A stretch of DNA of 63,991 nt, filler included, from Sphacelaria rigidula (GCA_964200075.2; 7 parts of 7 records of this genome joined end to end with filler, not necessarily neighbours in it), one strand, 5' to 3'; counted from the whole stretch's first letter, positions 26,456 to 39,737 are shown. Program-made: numbers and translations. The notes: generated by a model from the sequence alone, not told the origin.

Positions 26456-26658
26456 GTAAGGGTCCGTTTTTTTTTTCTTGTTTCTCATGGTTATGTCGAG
26501 ATTTGGTTCACTCGTTGACGAATGCATTTGGTATTGTAGGTTTGGTCAACACCTTCACCGCCAGCGTAGGCGGTGTGTTGAATCGGCATCACTTGTCCCC
26601 GTCATTAGCTATTATTTACTATTTTTCGTTGCTTCTTGTTCCGTGTGACCATTATCAG

Positions 26659-26832
26659 GTGATGAGGGAGATGCTGGGCAAGAACATGAGACAAAACCTT
26701 CAGATGGTGGTGCAGATCTCTAGTGCCTACTCCGATCAGATCGGTGCGGAAAATCTCATAGAAATGCTGGAGAGCTTCAAGCTGTACGAAGGGCTTTTCT
26801 ACTACTTGGGTGCGATCGTGAACAACTCCACG
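26659..26832 (+). CDS. CHC: Clathrin heavy chain exon (gene continues beyond the contig)
   Basis: VMREMLGKNMRQNLQMVVQISSAYSDQIGAENLIEMLESFKLYEGLFYYLGAIVNNST. AG/GT. Confidence 0.97.
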
Positions 26833-28059
26833 GTATGTATGTTATCTGCGCGTGTGGATGTTTTTCATACCCTGGACAAAGAATGTTCACCGCTTGGGAG
26901 GGTGCTCCGGCTGATTTTCAGTTAGACTTGATTTTAGCGTGAACAACGAAATCTGGATCTTCGATGGGGCTGTCCTCCTAGAGTGCGCGGAACGCGTCTT
27001 TTCCGGCAACGCACACTTTGTCCACGGCACACGTTTTACCCCCCTTGCTCGAGGGTCCTCGGTGTGCCTTCGTTGAGATTAGGGTTAGTGTTGGAGTCTG
27101 TTCGAAATGATGAATTTCCGAGAAACTTCTCAACCTCTCAAGCGGGGAACCACCCTCGCTGGACAGTACACCTGTTGGTGATGTCTCTAAAAGGAGTAGA
27201 AACGGTGGTCCGTCTCGGAAGGGATGCGTGATAAAAGGTCAAACGACCAAGCCAAGCAACAAGTAATGAGTACGCTCTCCCCATCCCCCCCCCCCCCCCC
27301 CCCCCCCCCAACACCGAACCCCCCACCCCCGCCCCCCCCGCCCGACAGCCAGAGAACTCTAGTATACAGNNNNNNNNNNNNNNNNNNNNNNNNNNNNNNN
27401 NNNNNNNNNNNNNTTAATTAATTAANNNNNNNNNNNNNNNNNNNNNNNNNNNNNNNNNNNNNNNNNNNNAAGACAGATATGCCACTTCAACCCCATATTT
27501 TGTATGAACCCCAAAATATAAAATCGGCTGTTGATTGGTAATCGCCGAGCGAGGACACACAAAGGACACCGGCGAGGACCTTCCTCTCTGTCGTTGCTTC
27601 TCTCTCTGATGATATCGTCATCGACACGCGTGTACACCACATTCGTTCGGTGCATTTAGCCACAACTAATTCACTGCTGCAGAGTTTTGGGGGAAATGTG
27701 GTTTCGCTCTGTGTTACTGTTTCGCGTCATCCCTGCAAAAAAGATATGCCACTTGAACCTCATTTTTGAGATTGACCTCCATTTTCTAGGATCCATTGTT
27801 GAATGATGAGACCCGCTCTCCATCAACGCTCTACTCTCCATCTCACGAGAATGTTGTTACTTGAGGTGCGCTTGTATTTGGTTCAAAACGGTGTCAAGCA
27901 TTATGAATGAGCGTTATATATCTATAACAAGCTCGTTCGAACAACCGTTACTACTTTCAACGACAATTTGACTTGGAATTTCGTGCAAGAAGTGGCCCGA
28001 CCCCCCCCTATCGTAGGATGACTCTTTTTTGTTCAACCCCATTTCCGAGAATCCGCTGT

Positions 28060-29390
28060 TTTCTCGTTTCTTGCCCAAGAAAGGTACGAAAAATGACCAG
28101 AAACGCGAAACAGCAAAACACACTGTCTAACCCGATTTCGCTTCGAATTTCTCACGCACAGCAATCGGGGGTTCCCGGCACCCGGGCCTCGAAAAAAAAC
28201 AGAAAAAAACACGAGACTCGCGAGATATGGCCATGCGCAGAGGGACATCTCGCCTCCAGAAACCACACTTCCCCTTTCTAGGCCAAACTTCGGCTAGATA
28301 TACGAGTATACCTGATCTAGGAATTATTTTCAATCGTACCTTATCCGGCCAACCAGTCGGCTCAGGAAGTACCTGTCCTCGGCCATCGCTTCCCACATTG
28401 TACCTAATGCGGCACACTGCGCGGAAGAGAATATATGCGCCAACTCTAACCATTGCGCCCACAGATTCGGCTCTTTTCCCGCCCATTTGCCGTTCACGAA
28501 CGCCACAACCACCACACTCCGTTCTTCCCGGAAATGGTTCCCGAGTCTCTCCGCATCGACACAAGAACTGGACTCACAATTTACAACACGTCGGTCTTTT
28601 GCGCTTGCGGAGTATTATGTAACATCGTGCTGTTTCAATCTGGGGCTGGTGTCATGTTCTGTATCAACCCTTTCGGGACCCTTTTCCCCCACAATCGTGT
28701 GTATGTTGGTGGCAGGTGTCCATTTGTAACCTGTGTTATTTCCAAGTCAAAATGATGGCAATTCACACCTTTTCGTGAATTGGCATCATTTTGACTTGGA
28801 AACAAAACTATGGACACCTGCCACAAACACACGATTTGGGGGGAAAAGTGGGGAAAAGTGCCACAACCATACCTTTGTGGGGAGTCAGGTCCAAAAAGGG
28901 TTAATGGTTGTGGCGTTAGGGTTAGTAACATGTATGTACTCGTTGTGACGGTCGTGAACGGAAAATGGGCGGGGAAAGGGCCCATTGTGTGGGCGCCATG
29001 GTGGGAGTTGGCGCGTGGATTCCTTTGCGCGCAGTGTGCCGCATCAGGCACAGCGTGGGAAGCGATGGCTCAGGATGGGTACTTTCTCGGTCGACTGACT
29101 ACCTACATAAGGTACGATTGAGAAAGAATTCCTAGATCAGGTATACCTGGCCGAGATTCGGCCTAGAAGGGGGAAGTGGTTTATGGAGGTGAGATGTCCC
29201 TCTGCCCCTGGCCATATCTCGCGAGTAATATATTTTTATTCTGTTTCATTTTTAGGTCCGGGCGCCGTGGAGCCCCCGCCCGATTGCTGTGCGTGGAAAA
29301 TTCGGAGCGAAATGAGTCTTGATTGTGCGTTCAACTGTTTTAGCGTCTCTGCCCATCTACTCATTTTTCGTAGCTTTCTTAGGCAAAATA
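28060..29390. mobile_element. Large foldback (palindromic) element, ~1.3 kb, centred at ~28770
   Basis: ~28060-28510 is the diverged reverse complement of ~28940-29390. The central stem 28739-28766/28775-28802 is 28 bp with 1 mismatch and an 8-nt loop. Confidence 0.85.
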
Positions 29391-30617
29391 CGATAAGGTA
29401 TACCTTTTCTAGGCCATTGCCCTGAAAAAAACTTTTGAAGGAGGATGTGTTCGTCAAAATAAAGTGTAAATGTCCCAGCTCGCAGGTGCGTCAACTACGA
29501 GGGCACCACATCCGCAAGGTATAAGGTACCCAAGCACCACCACCAGTACACTAGAGCGCCACACCTCATCGGTGGTACTTTTGCCATGGTACAGTGAGTA
29601 TCACGCACTCTTGCTGGGCGATAAGGATGGTGGGTGCACAAATAGCATTACACACCGCGAAAAGTTAAACGCCTGACTCTCGCAGAAGTTCAAGTTTACC
29701 TCCTAGCATTATGTTCGTTTTAAATATTTCACCCTCGTAATCCTACACACGTTATGTCGCAATCGTCGGCGCGTCTTTCACCTCGTGCGTGGACACATTC
29801 AGCTGTGCCCATACAGACTATATTACAAGCTATACTCATTATATCAATGAGAATGATAACCAGGTTACCACCACATGAACCAGAGGGAGGTCCTCCGATC
29901 TCAGACAGACGTTAATAAATTGTCCCGCTCTGAAATCTCGCGCACAGCCAAGGGAGCTATTCTAGGCCATTCTAGGCCATCCTGCCGGCGACTGACTGTG
30001 GTACGCGAAAACACAAGAAATGCCCCAAGGCCGGAGTTGATGTGACCACCTTGGTCTGGGGTCATGGCCAGCAGCAGAATAGCACCGCATACTCTGCAAC
30101 TCTACGGCGGCAGGTTCTCAATGGACAAAAAATGAACAACATTTCGCGTACAGAACCGCTACTGCTGCGAAGCCACAAGAAGATTATGCATCCCATCAGC
30201 ATCCGTCTATACTAAAAGGGGCCCTTGGGACGTGCCGATGACGCGACAAAACCCATGAGCCGCCGCTGATGCAAAGCTTTCCTTCATCTTACTTCGCCGT
30301 CTGGTGACACAACATTTGCCCGTATCTGAGTCGAAAATAACAGGAGAGATAGTCACTTGCTGGTTGATTGCACCAAACGCCAACCGATATTTTTTTTCCA
30401 GTTCATAGGAATGGATCAGTCTACAAAATCATCGTTCACCGTTAGTAGCTTCTTCGATCTACCGACATTCCCCGATCCACGCACACAGTCTTCTCCTATG
30501 TTGGTTGCCAAGCTTCACCTGCTCGGGTACGTGCCGAGCACTCTTACAGCAAAACCTACTGGGGCGGATTCGTTCGTCCATGCTGCTTACGGCACAGCTG
30601 CGGCGGTGGGCCCTGGT

Positions 30618-30702
30618 TCATCCGACGTAGGGGTCCCAGTTACAATTAGGCTTCACCTGGTCAAACAGTTCAAAAATATACCTGCGCATCGGCAGCGAAA
30701 AG
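30618..30702 (-). CDS. RICTOR: RICTOR last coding exon
   Basis: (S)FSLPMRRYIFELFDQVKPNCNWDPYVG* matches the conserved 'FRLPxRRFIxELF' C-terminus. Confidence 0.9.
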
Positions 30703-31365
30703 CTGGTAACACACGATGGGAAGGGTGGAAAGCAGGGAATGAAGGATTGGTTGATCGATTGATTTACGTGATCGCCACCCGTTGAATGATGGCTGAGGTG
30801 ACGGATGTATTTACCCAAGTATTCAGCCGCGGTCATTATTTACCACATACACATACCCAACATAGACGTACCCAAGATGAAAAAGACGGAAACGCTCGGT
30901 GAAGGAAACTCGACATGACGAGAGGACGAAAACATCTATAACAAGCGGGCAAAACTCAACACAAGCGAGAGACAAACGAGACAAAAAATACGCGGAGAGA
31001 GACAAAGGGGAAGAAAGGAAAGGAGAGTGAGGACGCAAATAATCGGTCCAGATATACTCATTTAAGTCATGACAAAAAAGACAAAAAAAAAAACGCAACG
31101 ATAAACAGAAAACAAGAAATGACCAGCCCTCGCAGAATGGCTTTATGTGAAAAGACCGTGCGAAAATCTGGTGATGGACGCCATTTGGGCATGAGCTCTT
31201 ACCCACGAGCGGCGTTCGGTCGGCGTGTGGGAAGAAATGAAATTAAAATATTGAGGAATAAGGTCATGATGAAGCACGTGCGTACCGTTGAGGGTTCGGG
31301 TTTGGGCGTCGTTCCAAGGTGCAATACAGAAATACAAAAATTCTACGACAACACACCGAGCGCAC

Positions 31366-31535
31366 CTGTAGTCAGCAAGAAGCTGATGAACGAGAAGAAA
31401 CACTGGAAGGCTGTTCGTGAAGCATTCCTTGTGGGTCTTGTCCTTGCGTAATCGGCTGAGCTTTTTCATCGCCTCCTTGCGGGAGATGTGACTGCTCAAT
31501 TTCGTCACTTGCTGCAGGACAGCAGCCTCTTGCAC
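31366..31535 (-). CDS. RICTOR: RICTOR penultimate exon
   Basis: VQEAAVLQQVTKLSSHISRKEAMKKLSRLRKDKTHKECFTNSLPVFLLVHQLLADY resembles the RICTOR/Avo3 C-terminal helical block. Confidence 0.88.
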
Positions 31536-32281
31536 CTGGTGGATCAGTTCGTTGATTGAGATTGAAAGAGATTAAGTGAAGGTCGCAAATCAACCGATCC
31601 TCAACAAATCCAGCCGTGGTCACAAAGAGAGATATAGCCAGGCCAAAAAGCGAGATGAACGAAAACAGTCCTAACCCTAACTGCATGAAGGAAAGTCGAG
31701 AAAGGGGGAGATGAAGAAAGGGAGGAGAGGAGAATCAAAACAGGGAGCATCACACAACAAAAGAGAGCGAACGGCAGAAGGAGTGAGAAATAAGAAAAAC
31801 GTCAGGCTAAGATCTAGCTCCAATGCGAACAAGAGTCCGACTGGCCTCTGGTGGTGAATCATGTACAGCAAGGAAACTGGCTGTACGGAAGCAATGCGAC
31901 TCAGCTATCTGGGGACCGCACTATTTGGGCAAGACCTCTCACCCATCAGCTCTGCCGCAGTGAGATACAATGACTAGAACGGCTAAGAGAGAAGATAAAA
32001 TAAAAATAAAACATCATGAGAAGAAAGAAAAATCGCCAGTTGATTCATCAAAAGCTGATCCAAGCGTCGCAACAGTGAGGCCGAATGTGATCGCGTTACG
32101 GTAGAAGATGCCGATCTGAGTTCAGAGCTGCATTGATGCTTGAACGTTGTCCGCGCAAGTGCGTTACAGTGTACACCGCTGCGTGCGGCAATGTCAAGCG
32201 ATTTGAGCTTGCAGATGTACTCCTAAGGATTTCAAATCAAGACAAAAGAGATATTTCCTCGACCGAGGGGACAAGTCGCAC

Positions 32282-32456
32282 CCTGTCGCCTTGCGCCGCT
32301 CGTCCACTTGACTCACGGGAGAGTAGATGTGAATGCTTGATGCTCTCCTCAGCTGTTCTTGGCAAGTTCTCGTTTTGGCCGCCATCGGGTCTCGTAATTG
32401 GGCGAGAACTCAATTGATGACACACCTCACGATCGACTGAGGCTTGGTGATGGCAA
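32282..32456 (-). CDS. RICTOR: RICTOR exon (low-conservation linker)
   Basis: (S)CHHQASVDREV...SSGRAAQGDR. Acceptor ttttcag, donor GTGCGA. Phase 2 to phase 0 is compatible. Confidence 0.6.
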
Positions 32457-32850
32457 CTGAAAAACATCACGTCTCTTTAGATCACAACACTTGTCGTGTC
32501 TAGCTTAGTAACAACGACAAGGTAACGCGCTGCTGTGCATCAGCGCTAGTTCTGACCAAATAAACGGTGGATCGTATCAGGGCACACCGCGTTGATCGTG
32601 AGCTATCTTCATGATTGCTTTCAACTCAGGCGAGCTTACTCCCCCTCAAACAGGACCGATCCCGAACAAACGTTATTAATGCCCATGGTATGGTACAGTA
32701 GTAGGTGAAAACGCGGGGTCCAAAACCTCAGGAAGCGACCTTTACAGCAACTAACTGTACGACAAATTTACGTTAAACGAAGACAAGCAATGACTACGCA
32801 TGGGATAATCTCGATCGCTTTCCCACGACCGACTATGGCTCACCGTCAAC

Positions 32851-32936
32851 CTGTCCCACATACGCTCGATGACGGGATCACGCTTTTGCTCGTCGAGGCC
32901 TTGCGTCAGGGAGCCTTCGTACTGCCACGGCACCGG
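32851..32936 (-). CDS. RICTOR: RICTOR exon (low-conservation linker)
   Basis: PVPWQYEGSLTQGLDEQKRDPVIERMWD. Phase 0 to phase 2 is compatible with both neighbours. The donor (GTTGAC) is weak. Confidence 0.6.
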
Positions 32937-33097
32937 CTGCTCGGAGAATACCAACATGACGTAGGTCCAGGGTAAACAGCAATATAGGCAAGAAAATATT
33001 CGCCTTGGTTATGACGGATCTTCATGTGCCTTTAATACGAAAGTAACGTCAGCATCGACTTGTGGATGGCAATGAGTCGTCATGCCATAAAACATAC

Positions 33098-33233
33098 CTG
33101 GAATAGAACTGCAGGATCTTGAGGCAGAAACACGTGAGTACTGGGGTCTCTCGCGCTCTCCCATCCCGCCGCCCGAATTGCTCCTCGGCCACGCGCCGTG
33201 CGTGACGCCAAGCTCAAAACACAAAAGGATGTC
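33098..33233 (-). CDS. RICTOR: RICTOR exon, domain V
   Basis: (G)TSFCVLSLASRTARGRGAIRAAGWESARDPSTHVFLPQDPAVLFQ matches the RICTOR/Avo3 'GTxFxVLxLxSxT..G...L...GWES' motif. AG/GTATGT. Confidence 0.88.
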
Positions 33234-33662
33234 CTGTGACCACAAGGATCGCGCATTTCGATAGACGTACATGCGCGACGCCCAGTCATAACGGCCACAG
33301 CAATCAGCGGCTGCGACAACGGATTCGATTACAATATTGCGCCACGCGCATCCATCATACATCGGTATTCCAGCTTCATGTGAGTATGCACGAACGGGTC
33401 CAAGCTTCAGCTACAACGCCAACGATCTCGCGCATCGATTCCAGATTTACTACTACGTAGATTTCTCCGCGTGTCAGGCGTAGTTATATACATGAACACC
33501 ATTTGTCTCTTCTCCTCACTCGTAACCCCGCCCCCTTCCTCGGGACGAGTTCGTGGTCTAATGATCTAATGATCTAATGATCTCAAGGGATCAACCCGCT
33601 TCTCCCCCGCTACACGGCTTGCTATGTGGTATCGTTGATTAGAGTAGCACACCCGCACGGCG

Positions 33663-33664
<2 letters not shown>

Positions 33665-33701
<37 letters not shown>

Positions 33702-34054
33702 GTCGTCCCATCTATTCTGAACGCCGATCTATACCTTTCGGTATATGTGGGCGCACCAGCTGGGGTCACACAGGAGGAAGGTTAACATAGGAGTTTTTCT
33801 TTTCTTTTTTTCTGTTTTGTTTCAGTACCCCACCTTGCTTCTGCGGTGTTTGCCTTTTTATTTGTTTTCGCGAGAGGGGTTCAGCAGTCCCTTTCCCTCG
33901 TCGAGCGTGGAGTCAACTTTTTTTGTGTACCCACGACATAGTCGCTCTCCACTGTTGGGCATGAGAAAAAAACCCAGATTACTCCGAGATTGAAACCCAC
34001 GAACCAACCGCCAGGAGGTTTCGAGGTTACCAACTGAGCCACCGGGGCCACCGG
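33665..34054 (-). mobile_element. Apparently full-length tRNA-derived SINE with (CA)n tail, in a RICTOR intron
   Basis: On the - strand: head CCGGTGGCTCAGTTGG (box A), a decayed box B, a body shared with 7541-7718, and a ~18-unit CA tail (GT run 33665-33700). Confidence 0.8.
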
Positions 34055-35208
34055 CTTAGAGTAGACTGTCGCCAAATGCAATATTTTTGGTATTGACGTT
34101 CTCACGATTTCAACGACGGAGTCGGATGCGTTTCGGCCAAAACCCAATACGCCTGCCGCGACTCGTAGTACAACACCGGCGTACGGCGGTGAGGGGTGAA
34201 ATACCACAGGTATCTGTCCAGGACTCATCATTTTTTTACATTGATGATATCAATAGATACACCTGACTGCCCAGTGACTAGAGAAGGTCGCGGGTTCGTA
34301 TCCCGACCTAACTTCCGCACCCACTAACAAACTCGAAAGCACCGGCGATGAGCGGTAAAAATGAAGTTTCAGGTAGGGCGGGAGACCATCAAGCGGAATT
34401 CACACACTCACCAACCAATGTTCACTCTTCTGCGGAGATCATTGATTGGGACACCCAGTTTACGCTAGAGATTTGCGAGCGAGACGCAAAATTTCCTTGC
34501 CACCGGCCGACGAAATTTTTTTCACCTAAACAAAAACTCTTATCGTCGCTATATCCCACCGAGGTGAATAAAAGCGAACAGGATTGATTTGAATTTAATA
34601 GCATGCTATAAAGGGGGTAAATTAGCACAGCTGAGCTCGGTTTCCCATGATGCAGGTATCACAATGCAGAAATCAATGACGCGTTCAGTGTCACCGCGAA
34701 ATATGAAATATGACAAGATACCGTGATAATATGATACACTGCGACAAGGCCCCAACGTGTGCAAACAAGTTGGCAGTGGTAAAAAAATCCGAAAATCACA
34801 TAGCGGTGAGGTACGGCCATGGTGATAGGCGCAGTGACGAAGCGTAAACGTGAATCGCGGTGCAATCTTTGAGCGGTAAATTTACCGTACCAAGAGTCTT
34901 GACACGGAACTATAAAAAAGTGATGCAACATCACAGGCTGTTCCCTATGAACTTGGGCCTTTGTCGCGGTGGTTGGAACTGGATACTTTGCTCCAAGATG
35001 TTGACGCCACCCACGACCCGCCGCATTGGCCACTGTTGTGAGTTTAAATCGAGGATGACATTGTGATTAAACACGAGTGTCTGACGAGGACTCATGACTC
35101 TTCACATGAATCATTCAGCACAACTTGCAACATTCGGAACACGTTCCTTGCAGGGATTCAAGCACGCACACAATCTACATTACGAACACAGTATCGCTAT
35201 GCTCTTAC

Positions 35209-35321
35209 CCCCATACGGAGAGATGTGCTTCAGATGTACACATGGACAGCAGCATTCCCACCACGTTTTCCTGGATTTCTTCCAAGAGGTTCAATCCCAG
35301 CGGCCATCTGCTCACGTGTGC
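35209..35321 (-). CDS. RICTOR: RICTOR (TORC2 subunit) exon, domain V region
   Basis: AHVSRWPLGLNLLEEIQENVVGMLLSMCTSEAHLSVW(G). AG/GTAAG. The phase-2 end joins the next exon. Confidence 0.8.
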
Positions 35322-35899
35322 CTAAACGTCCAAAAGACAAGCAACCCGCGCGCCGGTCATTTGCTTGTTGATGCTGCTTCTGCCGCTCAGCAGTACTTTG
35401 CGATGGACAGGGTCTTTGTACGGTACGGTACGTACGAACAACAAGTGCAATACATTGAACCCACATATCAAAACGAATACAAAATTTCAACACAGACAAA
35501 TGGTCGCCACCGTCGATCAACCACGTTGATCACAATACGGTGCAGAAGCTACGGTATTTGGTAGTTTGTTGTGATTTGCACATACAGTAGGTGTCCCTGT
35601 ATAGTGCGGGTTATATAGTGCGCCTGCCCGGTTTGATGCGGCTGAAATCGCTCGTCACAGACGGAATCCGGTTTAGTGCGGGTGCCGCACTGTAAGGGGA
35701 GTCGTCCAGTTTAGTGCATATTCGGACCATTGTGAGACATACATAGTGCGGGTCCCCGGCTGCAAAGGCTGTAAAACACGCACAGTTCACACGTTTCCCC
35801 CGCAGATACAGCAGTACTGTACTGCTCCCCTACCAGACACGCAGAGCAACAGCTACCATCTACTGTACAGTATACTGCTGTACTGTACCCCTACCATCC

Positions 35900-36081
35900 A
35901 CAACAGAGCTGTAGATCTGTTGTACTCGGAGCTCGTCAAGTACTTCGCCCCCCTTGAAAGCTATGCGACGGGGTGTGGGATGACAGATGCCAGCCAATTT
36001 CTTCACAAGGCCACGATGGCGATGATTGAAGCTTACGCTTCCAAGCCAGCACGCCAAGCTGACATTCGGGAGTTTATTTGA
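35900..36081 (+). pseudogene. Coding-like remnant resembling the C-terminus of a pogo/Tc5-type transposase
   Basis: 'LYSELVKYFAPLESYATGCGMTDASQFLHKATMAMIEAYASKPARQADIREFI*'. The resemblance is recalled, not verified by a search. Confidence 0.35.
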
Positions 36082-36625
36082 GCATTGAGAATCCGGAATG
36101 GTTCGTGTTGATCTCTCCAAAGAAGACCGGTGTTGTTCCACGCAGAGAGCACTGCAGAGGGTGCCACCGAGCAGCTCGAAGTTTCGCAGCTCTTTGATTT
36201 ATTTATTTATTTTTGGGGAGGTGGTTATCGCAGGTACGACGTGTTGGAGTGCTGGCTGAGTTGTGCGTGTGGGTGTTGTGCCTTCTGTAAGGACCTCATG
36301 CACACTAGTGTGCATTCAGTATCCTCTCTCCGAGAAAAAAGAAAGATGTGCGCGCTTTCCTTGAGGGTTTTTTTTCCGTCTTCGTTCGTTTTTGACACAT
36401 TTTCTTCTTCGTGTCATGTAGGGTTGCTGGGGTACATGTCGTCACGGGCTAGTTTTGTGCAGACAAAAAATAGTAGTTTCACGAACACTGCTGAATGAAA
36501 AACCTATCTTGGTTGGAGTACAGTANNNNNNNNNNNNNNNNNNNNNNNNNNNNNNNNNNNNNNNNNNNNTTAATTAATTAANNNNNNNNNNNNNNNNNNN
36601 NNNNNNNNNNNNNNNNNNNNNNNNN

Positions 36626-37205
36626 CGGGGGTGACGCAAGTCGAAAATATATTTTGTCAAGCTTTCCACGATCTTGAAGAGGCTTTTGTGGTTCGGGATC
36701 AACACTCCGCGAAAGAGGGTCAGTTTGAGCGACTTTCGGTGGCCAGAACATGCGTCACGGGTATCAGATGACGCCCAAACCTATACGGTAATGTACCGCT
36801 GAGCCTCATCAGTGCGCTGCAGAGGAGGCGTGGGAGAATTTCCTTCCCGCCAGAGAAATTTCGACAAAAGTGGTGAAAAATGTGAAATACTTCATGTATA
36901 CAAGGTTCCCCTTCGGGAGATTGGTACGGGCCTCTCGGGGGTGACGCAACTCGAAAATATATTTTGTCAAGTTTTCCACGAGCTTGAAGAAGCTTTTGTG
37001 GTTCTGGATTGACACCCCGCGAAAAAGGGCCAGTTTGAGCGACTTCAGGTGGCCAGAACACGCGCCACAGGTATCAGATGGCGCCCAAACCTGAACGGTA
37101 ATGTACCGCTGAGCCTTCTCGGTGCGCTGGACGTGTGGGAAAAAAAGCCTTGCCGCCAGGGAAAAGTAAGCAAAAGTGGTGAAAATGTGAAATGATACAT
37201 GTCCA
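36626..37205. repeat. Two tandem copies (310-bp period) of a dispersed repeat family
   Basis: CGGGGGTGACGCAA.TCGAAAATATATTTTGTCAAG occurs at 36626 and 36936. Related copies lie at ~38070-38710, 39850-40045 and 41085-41720. Confidence 0.9.
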
Positions 37206-39534
37206 TAATATACATTGCGCGTGAAAGCACTGACAGCGCTTGCACGATCGTGCCTCCTGAAGTGAGTACCTCTACAGGCGATACCAAGATAGGTGTCGCG
37301 TAGGATGANNNNNNNNNNTTGTTTGCCGGGGCAGGAGCCACCCAGCAGGTCATGATGTGGAAGTGAGCGCTTCTGCTTGTCCACATATGCATTCACTGAC
37401 GTCTCACACTATCTGGGCCGAGGGGACTCCGTTTTGAGGGCGTATCGATGGCATTGCTCGAAATCCACATTCGCTTCGTGCGTGTGGCGCACCACGTAAA
37501 ACGTGCCGCTGATCCGTAAACATGCTGTCTGTGTTGTGGTCTACCTCTGCGCCAATTTTCAGTCTGGTTCGTTCAGACACGGCTGCTACGACTGTACGCT
37601 ACCGCACCGTCTCAAAAGTATATAGCTGGTGGTTTAACTGGGTGTATATGCGAATACAACTCACGCCGAGCAGGCATGCTGCAATCTATGCACGGGGCTT
37701 TCTGCAGTCGGTATTTCTACTCATGTGTGCTGCTGCAACTTCCCGAGAGAGCCTGTCGATCACGCCCTAGCCTGTCCGACTGCCCCCCCCGTGTCACAGA
37801 GAGGTTGTGAGAGAGATGTTGACCACAGTTATGAACGCCATACACGGGTAGGTGACATAACCCTGCCCTTTCTTTTGGCGGCGAAGGCAAGCAAACGACG
37901 AGATCAGCACCATCTGTAATGAGATATCCAACAGCAACAGTTGATCTACATATTAATCAGCCTTGGACGATTGCCGAAATTTCAGACCTTCTCCCATTTT
38001 TTTAATATGTCGATAACAAAGGCCCTAAGCCGTCGAAAGATACATGAGGTGCGTACTCGTATGATTTTCCTTGTCATCCCTGTCACAAGGAGAACCTGTC
38101 AACCATTACAAAAAGACATCCCTGCGCCTGTACTTCACAGGTACATTCTGCGAGGCAACTCTGTGTTTCGGCTTGCATGATCACAGGGATTTCGGCACCC
38201 CCCTTTGCTGGCCCTACACACGTGACCCACAGTGGGAACGTTTGCCCACGTGTGTGCCTTGTTCAACTCGTCAAAGGCTCATCACACGGTCCGGTGTTTG
38301 CTGCTGACTAAGGCCAAGGCAATGCTCAATTGTTTTCAACTGCATTGCTCTCATATTCTCGTGACATTGGCGGCATAACCGGTGTACTCGTGTTTCCAAA
38401 TGAACGAGAACCCGACGAAGAGGAACACGGGGGGAGAATACCCCGCCAAGAATCATCCTGCTGCATGAAGTTGTTCATAAACTTGAGAAAGCTTTTGTGG
38501 TTCGGGATCGACACCACGCGAAAAAGAGCCAGTGTGGGCGACTTTCGGTGCCCAGAACATGCGCCACAGGTATCAGATGACACCCGAATCTGAGAGGTGA
38601 CGTACCGCTGCGCCTTTTCGTGCACTGCAAAAGAAAGCGCGTGATAAGATGCCTTGTCGCCAGAAAAAACTCGGCAAAAGTGGTGGAAAATGTGAAATGA
38701 TACATGTACATATGATCGTCTCCTTGTGTGCGGAGTTCGGGTTCTCCACCCCGCGCAGCATGATCTAGCTCGACCACCATCATGGTTACCACAAAAAAAA
38801 AACGCCACACTGGTTGCCTAGCTCACGCACTGAGTGGCGTGTTTTACAGCGTCGTTGCCAACCGATGCGAAGGGAGGGGGGGGGATACAAACACAAAATA
38901 CCAACAACTGTACCATGGTGCTGAGCAGTCTGGGAGCTGACTGTACGTGGAGGATGGCTCTCAACTGTTTGCGTTTTTGGTGCGCGTATACAAGAGCGAC
39001 AAAATTTTTTGCTGCGCAGCGTTTCTAAAAACACTTGTCTAGGTCTGGACACACACGCACTCACTCCAAGCCGGCTGGATAGACAACAGGCGCAAGTCAC
39101 CGGTACGTGACAACTGATTGCCTGCGGTCCCAGCCGGTAACTGGTACTTGCGAGTATTCGACTATAATAGTGCTACATTCAAATATAAATGACGCGACAC
39201 ACATGCCCGCCAGTGGAAGCTAGCTCGCTTTTGTGTTGCGCCTGAGATGGCAAGAGGATAAATGTTTTTGGATTGGAATCAGCACAGTGGTTTGGGAAGT
39301 CGTGTATTCAATTTCGGGGGTGAATCCAAAATTTCAAACTTCAAGTTTCACGTTCCAGGATCCCAACTTTGCGAATTCCCAGATCCTGGAAACATTACCA
39401 ATATTATTCGGATTCATATTCATGTACGTCATGAATGTATTTGTTCGGTAAGGAGGGAAGGAGAGCGGAACCTCCGTGTGTCGGGAGTTACGAAGAAACG
39501 GTAGATGTCAATCTCCTCGTGTATTTTTGCTCAC

Positions 39535-39737
39535 CCCAGTAGGCCGCATCCCTGGCAGACGTTAGCTGTAAAGGCGTCACTGCTGATCATGAGTCGCTCC
39601 ATGATGAGAGCACTGGCGCCGTAGCCAATCAAGCAGTCTCGCTCCATCTCTCCCAATCGCAACCCCCCGTCTCTGGATCGCCCCTCGGTGGGCTGTCGGG
39701 TCAGTACAGCTCTTGGACCTCTTGCTCTTGCATGCAT
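39535..39737 (-). CDS. RPC2: RNA polymerase III second-largest subunit, exon
   Basis: [67 protein letters not shown]. The residues [15 protein letters not shown] and ERLMISSD are Pol III-type and distinguish it from RPB2. Confidence 0.96.
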
